A stretch of 49,612 nt of DNA from Planctomycetaceae bacterium (GCA_031268995.1 JAIRWK010000064.1:1-49612), one strand, 5' to 3'. Counted from the first letter of the stretch, positions 39,101-47,394 are shown. Program-made: numbers and translations. The notes: generated from the sequence alone by a model not told the origin.

Positions 39101-41338
39101 ATTGATAATACCGCCAATAATATAAATACGTCATTATCATCGACTCAGAATATTTTTGATTATCACAGTGATCCAGTTAATTATCAGCAACAACTCGTCG
39201 CAGTTACAAACCAAATCACCGGAAGCGGAACCATCACACTCGATCCGTCCGCCAACACCGGACAAGAACGAAATCTTGTCGGCGGCGGTGTCGCAAAATT
39301 TAATTACAATGTCAATGTCGATAGCTCTTCCGCCAACAAAGGAATCTATCTCGGTTACGGTTTGGTTGAAATAGATAATCAAGGAAATACCGTTACATTA
39401 AATACAGCAGGCGCAACCAATCCGAAATTGACCGCGAAATTAACCGGAAACGGCGGTTTCAAATTCATCGGAACCGGCATCACGTCGCTGGTTGAAATCG
39501 GTAACAGTACCAGCAATTATTCCGGCAACACTGAAATTGATAACATGAAAATAAAATTGACAGACAATAACGCCTTCGGACAAACATCAAATTTATTGCT
39601 CACAAATAACGCCAAACTCGATATGGATTCTCACGCCGTAACCGTGAAACAACTTGACGGAAGTAATACTACAACAATTACTAACGCTAACTTAACAATC
39701 ACAAACGGCGGTAACTTCGGCGGACAATTAACCGGTAACAATAATTTAACCTTGACCGGCGGCGAATTAACCTTGACCGGAAATAACTCAACCGCAACCG
39801 GAACATTTAACCAAACCGGCGGTATCATGAATTTACAAAATACTTGGGGCGGAAATTATGCTCTCGGAAATAGCGCAACATTAAATTTGTCCAACTCCTC
39901 ACAAATCGGCGGTAACATAAATCTCGCCGGTATAGTTGATATAACAAATGGAAAATTAAATGTTGTCGGAGACCTTAATATTGCTGGTGGTTCGGTTGTG
40001 AAAATGACTATCGATGAAAATAAAATTACCGCGAATAAAATAACTATAGATGATAACGCCCAAATAATATTGACCGCAATTCCTAACGGTACAATAAATA
40101 ACGTTATCGTTTCAACTACACCATTCACAGAAGAACAAATCACAAAACTTAACTCCAAATTCACATTGACCGACAAATTACTTGTGTCATTGAAACCGGT
40201 CTATAGTGCCGACTACAAAAAAATGGGCTTCGAAAGCAGCTCACAATCCACCATCGCTTACACCGCCAATAGTAACTTCAGCGGTAACCAAACCCAAATC
40301 GCCGGCTTGCTCGACGATTGCCCAGACGTACAAACGATATTGCAATCGCTCGATACTCGCGAACAGCTCGAAGGTTTGGTCAAAAGTATGCTTGCGCCGG
40401 AGCTTGCGGCAGACGCTCGCGATTTAGCTTTGAATAGCCCATACGTCCACGTCTCCAATCACCTCAATAATTTGTCCGCCACTCCCGCCAATAATACTCC
40501 CAACACACTATTTCGCGGACAATCCCCACACAACAACATCGCCACACAAAGTAACCACGAATTTTGGTTTGAAGGCTACTATCAAAGCGGCAAAACAAAC
40601 GGCGACTCAAACGCACTAGGCTACAAAACATCACGCGGCGGAATGATGGTCGGTGTTGATAAATATTTCGGCGATGGGTTGTTGACGGGGTTGGTTTTCG
40701 GTTACGGCAATCCGCGAACTTATAACTCAACTGGTAAAATTGAAGCCGACGACTACACGTTCGGCGTTTACGCAAAACTAAAAATATTCGGCATCTACGC
40801 CAACACTTTCTTGGGATACGGAAGCCAAAATTACCAGTTGCGCCAAAACCAAATTAACCCAACTCAACACACCAAATTTAACGGTGACTCAACATTCGCA
40901 AGTTTAGAATTGTTCAAACCGATCTATTTGCGCAACGATATGTTGGTTGCGCCGCTAGTTGCAATTGACTTTCAAAAATCATGGTCAGACGGTTTCAATA
41001 CAAACAATATTGTCCCGCTCACCGTCAAAAAAGGTGAAATGGATCAAACGGTCTTGCGACTCGGTGTCAACTCAAATTACAGAAATTGGCGAACACGTTT
41101 ACAATACGGCTACCAAGTTGCGGGCGATTTGTACAGCACCTCCAGAACCTCACTCACCGGCGGCGGTAATAACAGAGTCTTGTCAGGTGTAAATCTCGGT
41201 CGCCATACCTTCAACGCCGGATTCGGCGGCGATTTCCAAATCGGCAATCGCACAAAACTATTCGCCGACTACGACCTCGATCTAGGTGAACGCACCACAA
41301 ATCACACTGGACAGTTCGGGGTTGTCTGCAACTTTTAA
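33194..41338 (+). CDS. giant autotransporter (PATR-repeat passenger plus C-terminal beta-barrel); the frame is open from 33080 through the poly-G
   Basis: Many 'G-x-G-x-LT(V/I)-x-x-G-x-LTL-x-x-x-N-(D/N)YSGTTTL' autotransporter-associated beta-strand repeats. C-terminal ~275 aa (from ~40510) has the autotransporter beta-domain pattern, ending ...GQFGVVCNF. No signal peptide in the tracked ORF. Confidence 0.85.
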   Translation: MGVFIDSNNTKYYLSGDTYGDDSGTDYASSNIGLSSGGITLTSAEKAQLGAIFSNDKSLNFDFGTSSISVINSSETGALTAGFGYVNTDAFGGTLNATGASGEETPEYSVTASGGSAFGFVFAKGTSVLSSGVANLSNATIDLVGSGATITVSNSGDDSNSFGFVAGDLKKSTIKLGEITSQITGTGGDETSLIHGFIAGDVSKNSKIALLDVTAKTTCQATSGNVLAVELKEIRGCVETGNIVAIANSGDATGFSALAILGKVKLGDINVTTTTSGSAQGVVIGRHAEFDVPESPSANSAKISGHINVGDIVINSVGNGTGFFIRHDITNASQWKNNLPLPIVLSGKVELGKINIKSQNHAIGFLISNGNYASSINAPEITGTGTATANVTFGDDIAVVSTGTGTGVAIGISLGDFTGDPKADLASARSGSIVLKGDITATSANDYALGIHAGQLESLEVNTNISAETSKNNVNYYAYGIYTRGYTEGASNSDVTKDKNSVISITGGSIFATATSAATAASIIMDSTCDDVVNIDAGTTSTAWTNNDGTNDRAFTLIGVETLNVKRDTQLVAGSKRGTATVADKVATTNVDEDKTLSVYDTFFNGGSQKKIGKGTISIIRDDSSTGTGTLSKLEIAGGIFELIGSTKNAKTTLLFAEDSSNAQDIIKIGGGATLKISGENVALINVAQVAAYLDFTNEQAIYETNPHLNMTVDGGTVEVIGAESLYAAGLNVFIGNSGAIISVTNKEEESSRVVVSDIAATTSATTPNLTKTGNGKLEILYGFDLEKGTINVNGGTFEFNNSSVNTTPFTTSAKVKSIVVDGEDAVLDLKAYSYVTVHETNEAALTIKDGGTAKVDVLSRLVNSTWDTTASPVFNVAINGGTLEVYDGSKLASETNFTEDQVATLLNPHLAGVTTTVTNTATINVGEGITFDPGVVKTKTNDSTASITKIGDGTLRILYDFDFADGTINVNGGTFEFNNNGVKANPATSAKVKSIVVDGENTVLDLKAYSYVTVYETSEAALTIKNNGTAKVDVLSRLVNSTWDTTASPVFNVAINGGTLEVYNGESSDDTNILNPHLAGVTTTVTDTATINVGEGITFDPGVVKTEANNSTASITKIGEGTLRIQYGFDLGGGNIDVKNGTLAINPDTKDHPLTVNANVKLNANNLIIGEADDNKAQSITIGSICGSSESTTIINAGDSLIITKGSTYGGKITGGGNLTVASETLTLSNKDNNYSGTTTLNENVNLIISNGGTYSGKITGAGDLTVTSGTLTLSSTTNDYSGTTTLGGELSVTIDSALSANSNYVVGNNGKLSINDSAQTIKTLNGTDGEVNLGTTGNLTISNGGKFDGELTGGGTLTISGEELTLTGSYSKTAKFAVNTGTLLLDHSTSEESKNITFSNSLTGSGTLAVKLNALTDTFTLGTDTIDTGFSGTIEMKNGIFATSNFTQLTNVGLKLNSDSSTTIDENLSISKLTLNGGQINFVAAPVTPTAKLTVTDLVIGNDGGIIGVDQTLDIVTTNTPPSTQNIFDYWNDDANYQQQLIAVEGTITRDGIITPDSVASIEQSRNLVNGGVAKFNYNVSVDSDSSSAQKGIYLGYGLVEIESPADKTVTLDTTNATNPKLTAKLTGNGGFKFIGTGSTSQVEIGNSDSNYSGNTEIDNLKIKMLDDKAFGTVANLSLTNNAELDMNSKTASVAQLNGDNDTKINVGDLTVTNGGNFAGQLTGIDSNLTITGGTLALSNNANDYSGTTTLNGGNLSATVTNALSANSDYVVNGGKLSINNFAQTIKTLNGTGGEVNLGTGSLTISNGGAFSGKFAGSGNLTVDAGTLNLTQNYFATGGVTINSNGTLLLNPSTGNGTFNNLLTGSGKLAVGLSDTDKTFTLGAGAGTGFTGTLEMNKGIFATSGFSQLINVTLKLNDNSRIKIDSNLSVANLTLNGGQIEFAANPLTPTTKLTVANLNIANGGKIKIDNTANNINTSLSSTQNIFDYHSDPVNYQQQLVAVTNQITGSGTITLDPSANTGQERNLVGGGVAKFNYNVNVDSSSANKGIYLGYGLVEIDNQGNTVTLNTAGATNPKLTAKLTGNGGFKFIGTGITSLVEIGNSTSNYSGNTEIDNMKIKLTDNNAFGQTSNLLLTNNAKLDMDSHAVTVKQLDGSNTTTITNANLTITNGGNFGGQLTGNNNLTLTGGELTLTGNNSTATGTFNQTGGIMNLQNTWGGNYALGNSATLNLSNSSQIGGNINLAGIVDITNGKLNVVGDLNIAGGSVVKMTIDENKITANKITIDDNAQIILTAIPNGTINNVIVSTTPFTEEQITKLNSKFTLTDKLLVSLKPVYSADYKKMGFESSSQSTIAYTANSNFSGNQTQIAGLLDDCPDVQTILQSLDTREQLEGLVKSMLAPELAADARDLALNSPYVHVSNHLNNLSATPANNTPNTLFRGQSPHNNIATQSNHEFWFEGYYQSGKTNGDSNALGYKTSRGGMMVGVDKYFGDGLLTGLVFGYGNPRTYNSTGKIEADDYTFGVYAKLKIFGIYANTFLGYGSQNYQLRQNQINPTQHTKFNGDSTFASLELFKPIYLRNDMLVAPLVAIDFQKSWSDGFNTNNIVPLTVKKGEMDQTVLRLGVNSNYRNWRTRLQYGYQVAGDLYSTSRTSLTGGGNNRVLSGVNLGRHTFNAGFGGDFQIGNRTKLFADYDLDLGERTTNHTGQFGVVCNF
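35500..36600 (+). repeat. intragenic tandem duplication, period ~505-540 nt, ~2 copies plus a partial third
   Basis: LTKTGNGKLEILYGFDLEKGTINVNGGTFEFNN...NVAINGGTLEVYDG repeats as ITKIGDGTLRILYDFDFADGTINVNGGTFEFNN...NVAINGGTLEVYNG. The DNA is near-identical over long stretches. Confidence 0.85.
37030..39600 (+). repeat. intragenic duplication of a ~1.2-kb module (period ~1.37-1.39 kb)
   Basis: 37031 aacgattactccggtacaacaacactc... parallels 38417 aacgattattccggtacaacaacactc.... 38090-38190 parallels 39455-39560 (GGFKFIGTG...EIGNS.SNYSGNTEIDN.KIK). Confidence 0.85.
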
Positions 41339-41455
41339 GGGGGAGATTTTAACGCGAAAAGCGCGAATGTTACGCGAATGGGGACGCGAATAATACTAAA
41401 AATATTCGCGCTCATTCGCGTTTTTTTTGCGTGTTTCGCGTTGAAAAATTCCCCT
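41339..41455. terminator. family-F long imperfect palindrome between convergent genes (candidate bidirectional terminator)
   Basis: gggggagattttaacgcgaaaagcgcgaatgttacgcgaatg ... cattcgcgttttttttgcgtgtttcgcgttgaaaaattcccct. The arms are complementary around a central loop (aataatactaaaaatatt). It lies between the autotransporter stop (41338) and the DUF58 stop (41474). Confidence 0.5.
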
Positions 41456-41473
41456 CTTTTTCTGTTCGGGTAT

Positions 41474-42925
41474 TTATTGTAACGAAAAATATTGATTGAA
41501 TTCTGTGTTTGAGGTATCGACGCATTTTATTCTTTGGATGGCGGTACGGAAACGAGCGTCGTTTCTGATGGCGTTAAATCTCTGCGAATTGATGAGGTTT
41601 ATTGGTTTGGGCGAAATTAGAATTATGTCGGCACCGGGATCAATTTGCAGTAACGCTTCTAAAATTGCTCTTGGTAAATTGTCTTTGATTTCATGCCTCG
41701 CCGTCGCAAGCCGCCGCAAAACACTCTCAACAAGCGGTAAACAAATCGGTCCCGATAAACTCTCCTCGTCCGGTTTGCTTGTTGCGAAAAATAAATTGCA
41801 ACCGCCGCGCCGTGTCATGTCACAAACTAACGTTGCAGCAAAACTTAACGCAAGCTCAAAATTGCCGGACTCCACTTGATTTGACTCCAACTGCTCATCA
41901 TAAAGATCAAGCAAAACCGCACAATCATAATTTTGTTTTATCTCAAATTGACGGACGAACGGTTGCCCGTGTCTTGCGGACGCTCGCCAATGAATCCATT
42001 TTATCGTGTCGCCAGGTAACCATTGCCTTACACCTAAAAATTCGCCGGTGCCTCTGCTTGGTCTGAATCTGTATCGTTGCCGGTTTATTGCCGCTTCGGT
42101 TCGGCGTGTTTGCCACCTCGACGATAAATGACCAACCTTCGGAAACACATAAAACTCATCACCATTCAACCCATCAGATAAACACATCGAATGCCGAAAA
42201 AAACCAAACGGAAATCGCGTCGAAATTGTCATAGGACCGAATTTATATTTACCACGTTGCGGCAACTTGCCCGCATAACTTTTTTGAATTACACTGTGTT
42301 GCCCAATATACTCAAAATAAACCGCCGGTTCATATACCATTTCCGATACAGATGATAGGTTTTGTCCTTGAACAACCGATTCAAGTTGTTGCGATTCCGC
42401 GTTCAACTTCAAATCAGCTTTATTATAAAATACCATTTCAGACGGATTCTCTCCCTCAACAGATTCGTCGTGTATTGATTGGATTCTATCGCTAACAACA
42501 ACACCCCAACTTCCGGCATTTCTTCGTTTCCGCTGTTTTGTTTTTTTTGCGTTGTTGGGCAAATTTATTCCACCGCCGTTTGGCGTATTTTTGGAATTCA
42601 ATTGCCCTGATTGTCCAGACTCGGAAACGGATTCAAGATTGACATCAGATTTATTGTAACAATTATTATCACAATACTTGCTCAACCCAATATGCACGAT
42701 AAAAGGATCGCCCGCAAAAACACGTTCGGGTAATTTGCGCCTTACACTAACACCACGCAACGAATAACGCCCAACCCAACCAGACGTTGGTAATATAGCA
42801 AACAAAGCCGCCGCTAAAAGCAACATCGGATTAACTTCCCGCACAATTGAACCTATCATAAAAACAATTGTAACAAAAAGAAAAATCACTCCCTCACGGC
42901 TGAATGTCGTTTTGATCTTCATCAT
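41474..42925 (-). CDS. DUF58 (vWA-like) family protein with a long low-complexity/repeat-derived insert
   Basis: Two N-terminal TM helices. GTGEFLGVRQWLPGDTIKWIHWRASARHGQPFVRQFE is the DUF58 signature. ~130-aa insert upstream of it (see 42333-42427). Confidence 0.75.
   Translation of the reverse strand: MMKIKTTFSREGVIFLFVTIVFMIGSIVREVNPMLLLAAALFAILPTSGWVGRYSLRGVSVRRKLPERVFAGDPFIVHIGLSKYCDNNCYNKSDVNLESVSESGQSGQLNSKNTPNGGGINLPNNAKKTKQRKRRNAGSWGVVVSDRIQSIHDESVEGENPSEMVFYNKADLKLNAESQQLESVVQGQNLSSVSEMVYEPAVYFEYIGQHSVIQKSYAGKLPQRGKYKFGPMTISTRFPFGFFRHSMCLSDGLNGDEFYVFPKVGHLSSRWQTRRTEAAINRQRYRFRPSRGTGEFLGVRQWLPGDTIKWIHWRASARHGQPFVRQFEIKQNYDCAVLLDLYDEQLESNQVESGNFELALSFAATLVCDMTRRGGCNLFFATSKPDEESLSGPICLPLVESVLRRLATARHEIKDNLPRAILEALLQIDPGADIILISPKPINLINSQRFNAIRNDARFRTAIQRIKCVDTSNTEFNQYFSLQ
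42333..42427 (-). mobile_element. family-A element embedded in frame in the DUF58 CDS
   Basis: tataccatttccgatacagatgataggttttgtccttgaacaaccgattcaagttgttgcgattccgcgttcaacttcaaatcagctttattata is colinear with the consensus (3 mismatches in the 31-nt core). Translated as LKLNAESQQLESVVQGQNLSS. Bracketed by ataccatttc at 42334-42343 and 42430-42439 (96-nt period). Confidence 0.8.
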
Positions 42926-42987
42926 AAGAAATTTCCAAAAACAATAAACTATTTTTTATACCGAAGCCGGTATGAAATTCGTCTTTT

Positions 42988-43090
42988 TATACCGAAGCTA
43001 CTTTAAAATTTCTGAAGCTGAACACGCAAGCGTAACAACGTGAAGCGGTTGTTCAAGGGCGAAGCCTGTCGCCTTACCGGCTACGGTATA
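42988..43090 (+). mobile_element. family-A element, full copy (preceded by a solo terminus at 42957-42975)
   Basis: tataccgaagctactttaaaatttctgaagctgaacacgcaagcgtaacaacgtgaagcgg...ccggctacggtata. Confidence 0.9.
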
Positions 43091-43328
43091 ACTCATGTTA
43101 CGCATCGGTGATGAGTAACCGATAATCCTGTCCCGCTAGAGACAATATGTTGGTAGAAAATAATGTAAAAAATATTCCGCGCCCCGTATGGGACGCAATG
43201 TGATTACAATTTAACCGTTTGAAATGTCCTCACATTCCGTCCCTAACGGGACGCGAACAATGTTTTACCTTTTTCTATCAATCAACTGAATAATCACCAT
43301 CATTTTCGTATCGTGCGTAACATGAGTT
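43090..43328 (+). mobile_element. family-D ~240-bp element with 15-nt TIRs (AACTCATGTTACGCA) and three GTCCC-loop-GGGAC hairpins
   Basis: Begins aactcatgttacgcatcgg and ends cgtgcgtaacatgagtt. Reverse complement of 47715-47958 over its whole length, with scattered substitutions. Confidence 0.85.
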
Positions 43329-43348
43329 TCTAAAAACTCATTTTAGTC

Positions 43349-43403
43349 CTGTAACGGCAACGTCCCCGCTACCGAAATCGGAAGCGGGACGCTTCCGTTA
43401 CAG
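43349..43403 (+). repeat. family-E GC-rich long hairpin; overlaps the prmC stop codon
   Basis: ctgtaacggcaacgtccccgctaccgaaatcggaagcgggacgcttccgttacag. The arms are complementary. The TAA of prmC (43398-43400, minus strand) lies in the right arm. Confidence 0.8.
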
Positions 43404-44339
43404 TTGGTTTTTAGAAACGCCCTCGCGATTCCATTCACAACACGCGATTCGTCCGTTGTGCAAAATTTGAATGTTTTCCCAACCATCGCCTGAAAGAATT
43501 TTCTCCACATTCGCGACAATCATTGGACTAATCTCAAGCAAAAAATAGCCGCCCGATTTAATTTTTGTTTTTGCTTGCGATGCCAATTTTGCAATTACTT
43601 CCGCCCCAGTTTCTCCGGCTAATAACGCTAACTTCGGCTCGTAATCTTTTACATCTCTCGGCAAATTTTCATACTCACTAATACTAACATAAGGCGGATT
43701 GCTCGCAATAATATCGAATTTTTGATCAATATTGTCAAGCAAATCAGATTGGACAAAATCTATACTTCCACGAACCCCCGCCAACCCTGCATTCAACTCC
43801 GCAACACTAAGAGCCTCCGGCGAAATGTCAATCGCCGTTACCAATAACGATCCCAATCCACGCGGAAAATTCTTAGTAACCGCAACCGCAATCACTCCAC
43901 TGCCCGTCCCAACATCACAAAAACTAATCTTGTTTTGGGACTCTTTGTTGTCTTGTGCGTTTGAATTATCGTTACAATTATTCGCCAAAATTTTTAATTT
44001 GTCCAACGCCTCCAAAACTAATTGCTCCGTCTCCGGACGCGGAATTAAAACATTGGCATTTACTTTGAAAGTGATAGAGTAAAACTCCTTGTTGCCGACG
44101 AGATACGCCGCCGGCTCGCCCGCACCGCGACGCTTGACCAACCCACGAAATGCCGCGCGTTGCTGTTCTGTTGGTTCGGATGAGAAATTAGTGTAAAGCT
44201 CAATACGCTTTATCCCCATCGCACCCGCAAGCAAGACCTGCGCATCCAAAAGCGGACTGTCAAGCCCCTTACTCTTGAAAAACTCCGACGTCCAACCAAG
44301 CAATCGCCCAACCGTCCACTTTTCGGTCTGTTCACTCAT
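43398..44339 (-). CDS. prmC: release-factor glutamine N5-methyltransferase PrmC (HemK)
   Basis: N-terminal HemK helical domain, DVGTGSGVIA SAM motif, IIASNPPYV catalytic NPPY motif. Confidence 0.85.
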   Translation of the reverse strand: MSEQTEKWTVGRLLGWTSEFFKSKGLDSPLLDAQVLLAGAMGIKRIELYTNFSSEPTEQQRAAFRGLVKRRGAGEPAAYLVGNKEFYSITFKVNANVLIPRPETEQLVLEALDKLKILANNCNDNSNAQDNKESQNKISFCDVGTGSGVIAVAVTKNFPRGLGSLLVTAIDISPEALSVAELNAGLAGVRGSIDFVQSDLLDNIDQKFDIIASNPPYVSISEYENLPRDVKDYEPKLALLAGETGAEVIAKLASQAKTKIKSGGYFLLEISPMIVANVEKILSGDGWENIQILHNGRIACCEWNREGVSKNQL

Positions 44340-44436
44340 TCAATTATCTTTCTTGGCAAAATTATTTTTAAATTTTCGGGAATCGTTTTTTTTAAGAGAC
44401 AAAAGGGACATGAGGAACAAAATAACAATTTGCGCA

Positions 44437-44537
44437 CTGTAGCGGAAGCGTCCCGCTTCCGATTGCGGCAACGGGACACTTCCGATTGCGGCAACGGGAC
44501 GCTTCCGATTGCGGTAGCGGGGACGCTACCGTTACAG
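44437..44537. repeat. family-E hairpin, expanded version (internal ~22-nt units repeated)
   Basis: ctgtagcggaagcgtcccgcttccgattgcggcaacgggacacttccgattgcggcaacgggacgcttccgattgcggtagcggggacgctaccgttacag. Confidence 0.8.
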
Positions 44538-44540
44538 GAC

Positions 44541-44633
44541 TATACTCAGCTGTTTTAAAGCTGGACACGGAAGCGCAACAACGTGAAGCGGTTGTTCAAG
44601 GGCGAAGCCTATCACCTTACCGGCTACGGTATA
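44541..44633 (+). mobile_element. family-A element, copy with a ~11-nt internal deletion
   Basis: tatactcagctgttttaaagctggacacggaagcgcaacaacgtgaagcgg...ccggctacggtata. Confidence 0.9.
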
Positions 44634-44741
44634 AAACCCGTTCTTGATCGCGAAATGTCAACACACGCGCCTTTAATAGTGTGATAAATATCATTGGCTA
44701 CCAAAGGCGTGTTGTGCTGACATCGATTTGTTGTTGGGAAT

Positions 44742-46760
44742 TTATTGTGTGTCGCGTTTTTTGGGTAGAATTAGGCGTTCCCAATCGGATGGTTTTGATA
44801 CTTTTCCTGCTTCGTTTACTTGGAAGTGTTTGGTGATGGTATCAAGTTTTTGCGCGGTTGTGGCAATCGTTGTTACGGCATCGGCGGCTTCAGTTACAGC
44901 AACCGTGTTTTCGTCCGCTGTACCGCTCAACTGCGAAACCGCCGAATTGACATCGTTAAGACTTCGCGTTTGCTCGTCCGCTTCTTGACTGATCTTTGAA
45001 ATGATCTCGTTGACCTGACTCACTTGGTCTGCAATCGAATTGAGCGATGCCGACGTTTCACTGGCAACCTTACTGCCAATATTTACCTGATGAATCGACT
45101 CCTCAATCAGTCCCGCCGTCTCTTTCGCCGCCTTCGCACTCCTCGCCGCAAGACTCCGAACCTCCTCCGCAACTACCGCAAACCCCTTGCCATGTTGACC
45201 CGCCCGCGCCGCCTCAACCGCAGCATTAAGAGCAAGAAGATTCGTCTGAAACGCAATATCATCAATCACCCGAATAATTTTCTTAATCTCCTCCGAACTC
45301 TTCGTAATCCCATTCATCGAATCAACCATCCGGTTCATTTTTCCTTGACCTTCGGTTGTTCCTTTGTGGGCTTGGTTCGCAAGCGATTCGGCATTTCGGG
45401 CATTGTCGGCAGTTTGTTTCGTTTGCAAATTAGCTTGATTGATCGAGCCGGAGACATCTTTCAATTGCGCCGCGCTTTCCGTCGTGTTGGCAACAAGACG
45501 CTGATTTGTATGCGTTAAATTTTCGCCTTCCTCCGTAACAGCTCCCGCAACCGTTTTCAAATCCTTGATCGAATCGTAAAAACTATAACGCATCTCAATC
45601 AAAGCATTGCCCAACGTATCTTGTTCTGAATTTAGCGGCACCCACACACGGAGATCTCCTCTGGAAATCGTCAAAGCCACTTCGGTTTTTTCTTTGAGCG
45701 ACGCGGCAACTTGTTTGAACGCATTCGCCAAAATCTCCAACTCATCGCCCGTATTCACCTCCAACTCCATCTCCAAACTACCTTCCGCCAAATCCTTTGC
45801 CGCTCCCGTCATCTGCCGAATCGGTCGTACAATCCGACGAATGATAAACCAAAGCAACAAAATAAAAAACACCAGACCAACCAAAGCAATCGTAAGATTA
45901 CTCAGAATATTATTACGGATAATAATATCGTTTTCTGTTATCGGAAGTCCGGCAAAAATAATACCCAACACCTTTCCGCTTCCCGAAGTTACCGGATAAT
46001 AAAAGACTTTCATCTTATTGCCCAAAACGAGCGACTCGCCGAAATACTCTTTTTTGTCCTCAAGAGTAGATTTCTTGACAATCGGGTCTGTTAATTTTGT
46101 TCCTATTGCCGGTTTTCCGTCCGCAGTTTTCAACGTGGTCATATAACGCACGTCCTCAATAAACACGGTATTCTCAACACCGAATTCGTTTTGAACATGT
46201 TTAACCCACGCCTCCGTGTCAATTCGGAAACCGCTTGAAAGCACGCCGAGCAAGGTTCCGTCCGTGTCCCAAATTGGTGCTGCGCCGCGAATTGATAGTT
46301 TGATTGTCTCTGTACTTTCAAAAAATACACCGGCTTTTTTTTGTTCCAGAGCAAATTTGATACTGTCTGTTTGCCCAAGTACGTCTCCGAACTTCTGGCG
46401 GTTCGCCGTCCGCGCTAACACTTTGCCATCTACGCCAATCACCGTAAAAAACTCACATTTTTTCGAGGATTCGTAGCTGTCGAAAATTTTGAAAATCGCC
46501 TCTCTGTCTTTATTTTTTACTGCGGCGACCATTGATCCCATGTATGAAATGGCTTTGGTTTGTTCCAATGTCAAATCCTGAAGCATGGAAATTTCCTTTT
46601 TTATATCGCGCCCAACCGTGTCAATATTCTTCTGCGAACTGTCCTGAACAAAATCTCGAAATTTTGCCGTACTCGTCGCAAGCGTAACACCAACAAGTAA
46701 ACAGGTCATCACAATGACCGGAACGATAATTTTTGATTGGATTCCTTTGAATATTTTCAT
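44742..46760 (-). CDS. methyl-accepting chemotaxis protein (Cache-like sensor, HAMP, MA domain)
   Basis: TM - periplasmic Cache-like region - TM - HAMP ([20 protein letters not shown]) - signalling hairpin [43 protein letters not shown]. Confidence 0.9.
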   Translation of the reverse strand: MKIFKGIQSKIIVPVIVMTCLLVGVTLATSTAKFRDFVQDSSQKNIDTVGRDIKKEISMLQDLTLEQTKAISYMGSMVAAVKNKDREAIFKIFDSYESSKKCEFFTVIGVDGKVLARTANRQKFGDVLGQTDSIKFALEQKKAGVFFESTETIKLSIRGAAPIWDTDGTLLGVLSSGFRIDTEAWVKHVQNEFGVENTVFIEDVRYMTTLKTADGKPAIGTKLTDPIVKKSTLEDKKEYFGESLVLGNKMKVFYYPVTSGSGKVLGIIFAGLPITENDIIIRNNILSNLTIALVGLVFFILLLWFIIRRIVRPIRQMTGAAKDLAEGSLEMELEVNTGDELEILANAFKQVAASLKEKTEVALTISRGDLRVWVPLNSEQDTLGNALIEMRYSFYDSIKDLKTVAGAVTEEGENLTHTNQRLVANTTESAAQLKDVSGSINQANLQTKQTADNARNAESLANQAHKGTTEGQGKMNRMVDSMNGITKSSEEIKKIIRVIDDIAFQTNLLALNAAVEAARAGQHGKGFAVVAEEVRSLAARSAKAAKETAGLIEESIHQVNIGSKVASETSASLNSIADQVSQVNEIISKISQEADEQTRSLNDVNSAVSQLSGTADENTVAVTEAADAVTTIATTAQKLDTITKHFQVNEAGKVSKPSDWERLILPKKRDTQ

Positions 46761-46828
46761 AATGTTTTAATTCAAATGTGAAAAATTGTTTTCGGAAAGA
46801 TTATTTTTCGGAAAACAGAAAATGTTGC

Positions 46829-46931
46829 TATACCGTAGCCGGTAGGGCGATAGGCTTCGCCCTTGAACAACCGCTTCACGTTGTTGCGCTTGCGTGTTCA
46901 GCTTCAGGAATTTTAAAGTAGCTTCAGTATA
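46829..46931 (-). mobile_element. family-A element, full copy
   Basis: tataccgtagccggtagggcgataggcttcgcccttgaacaaccgcttcacg...gtagcttcagtata. Confidence 0.9.
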
Positions 46932-47224
46932 ATAACCGTACCTAACAAACGCCTACGCTGGCATCTCTTTTATAGTTTTTTTGGAATTAACGGACACGAC
47001 CCGCAACCGGCAAGAACAAAAACCAAGAGAGTTGCACTCCCATCGAAAAGTCCCAGCCAAACAATTAACGTCAGTACAACTGACCCGTAACTCTTAATGG
47101 CAATAAGATAGATTATTTTGAGAATATTGCAAGAGATTCACCAGAAATTTTTCAACAAAGACAAAATCACACGTGGAATTTACCGATTTCTACGCTGAAA
47201 TCGCGGTTTTTGCGCGGAATTTGT

Positions 47225-47328
47225 TATACCGAAGCCGGTATGGGCGATAGGCTTCGCCCCTGAACAACCGCTTCACGTTGTTGCGCTTCCGTGTTCAGCT
47301 TCAGGAATTTCAAAGTGGCTTTGGTATA
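47225..47328 (-). mobile_element. family-A element, full copy
   Basis: tataccgaagccggtatgggcgataggcttcgcccctgaacaaccgcttcacg...gtggctttggtata. Confidence 0.9.
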
Positions 47329-47394
47329 GTTTAAAATTGCTCTTGAATGATTTTCGCAAAATTATTATACTGCCCACGCTTGGTAAAGAAGGGA

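Noticed and set aside
33445-40458. Numerous 60-140-aa ORFs on both strands inside the autotransporter gene
   Set aside because: The repetitive, low-stop composition of the passenger region generates long alternative-frame ORFs. None has independent support.
45024-46476. Plus-strand ORFs (up to 164 aa, Arg/Pro-rich) opposite the chemoreceptor gene
   Set aside because: They are antisense shadows of the highly conserved MCP signalling domain, and their composition is typical of antisense reading of Ala/Glu-rich sequence.
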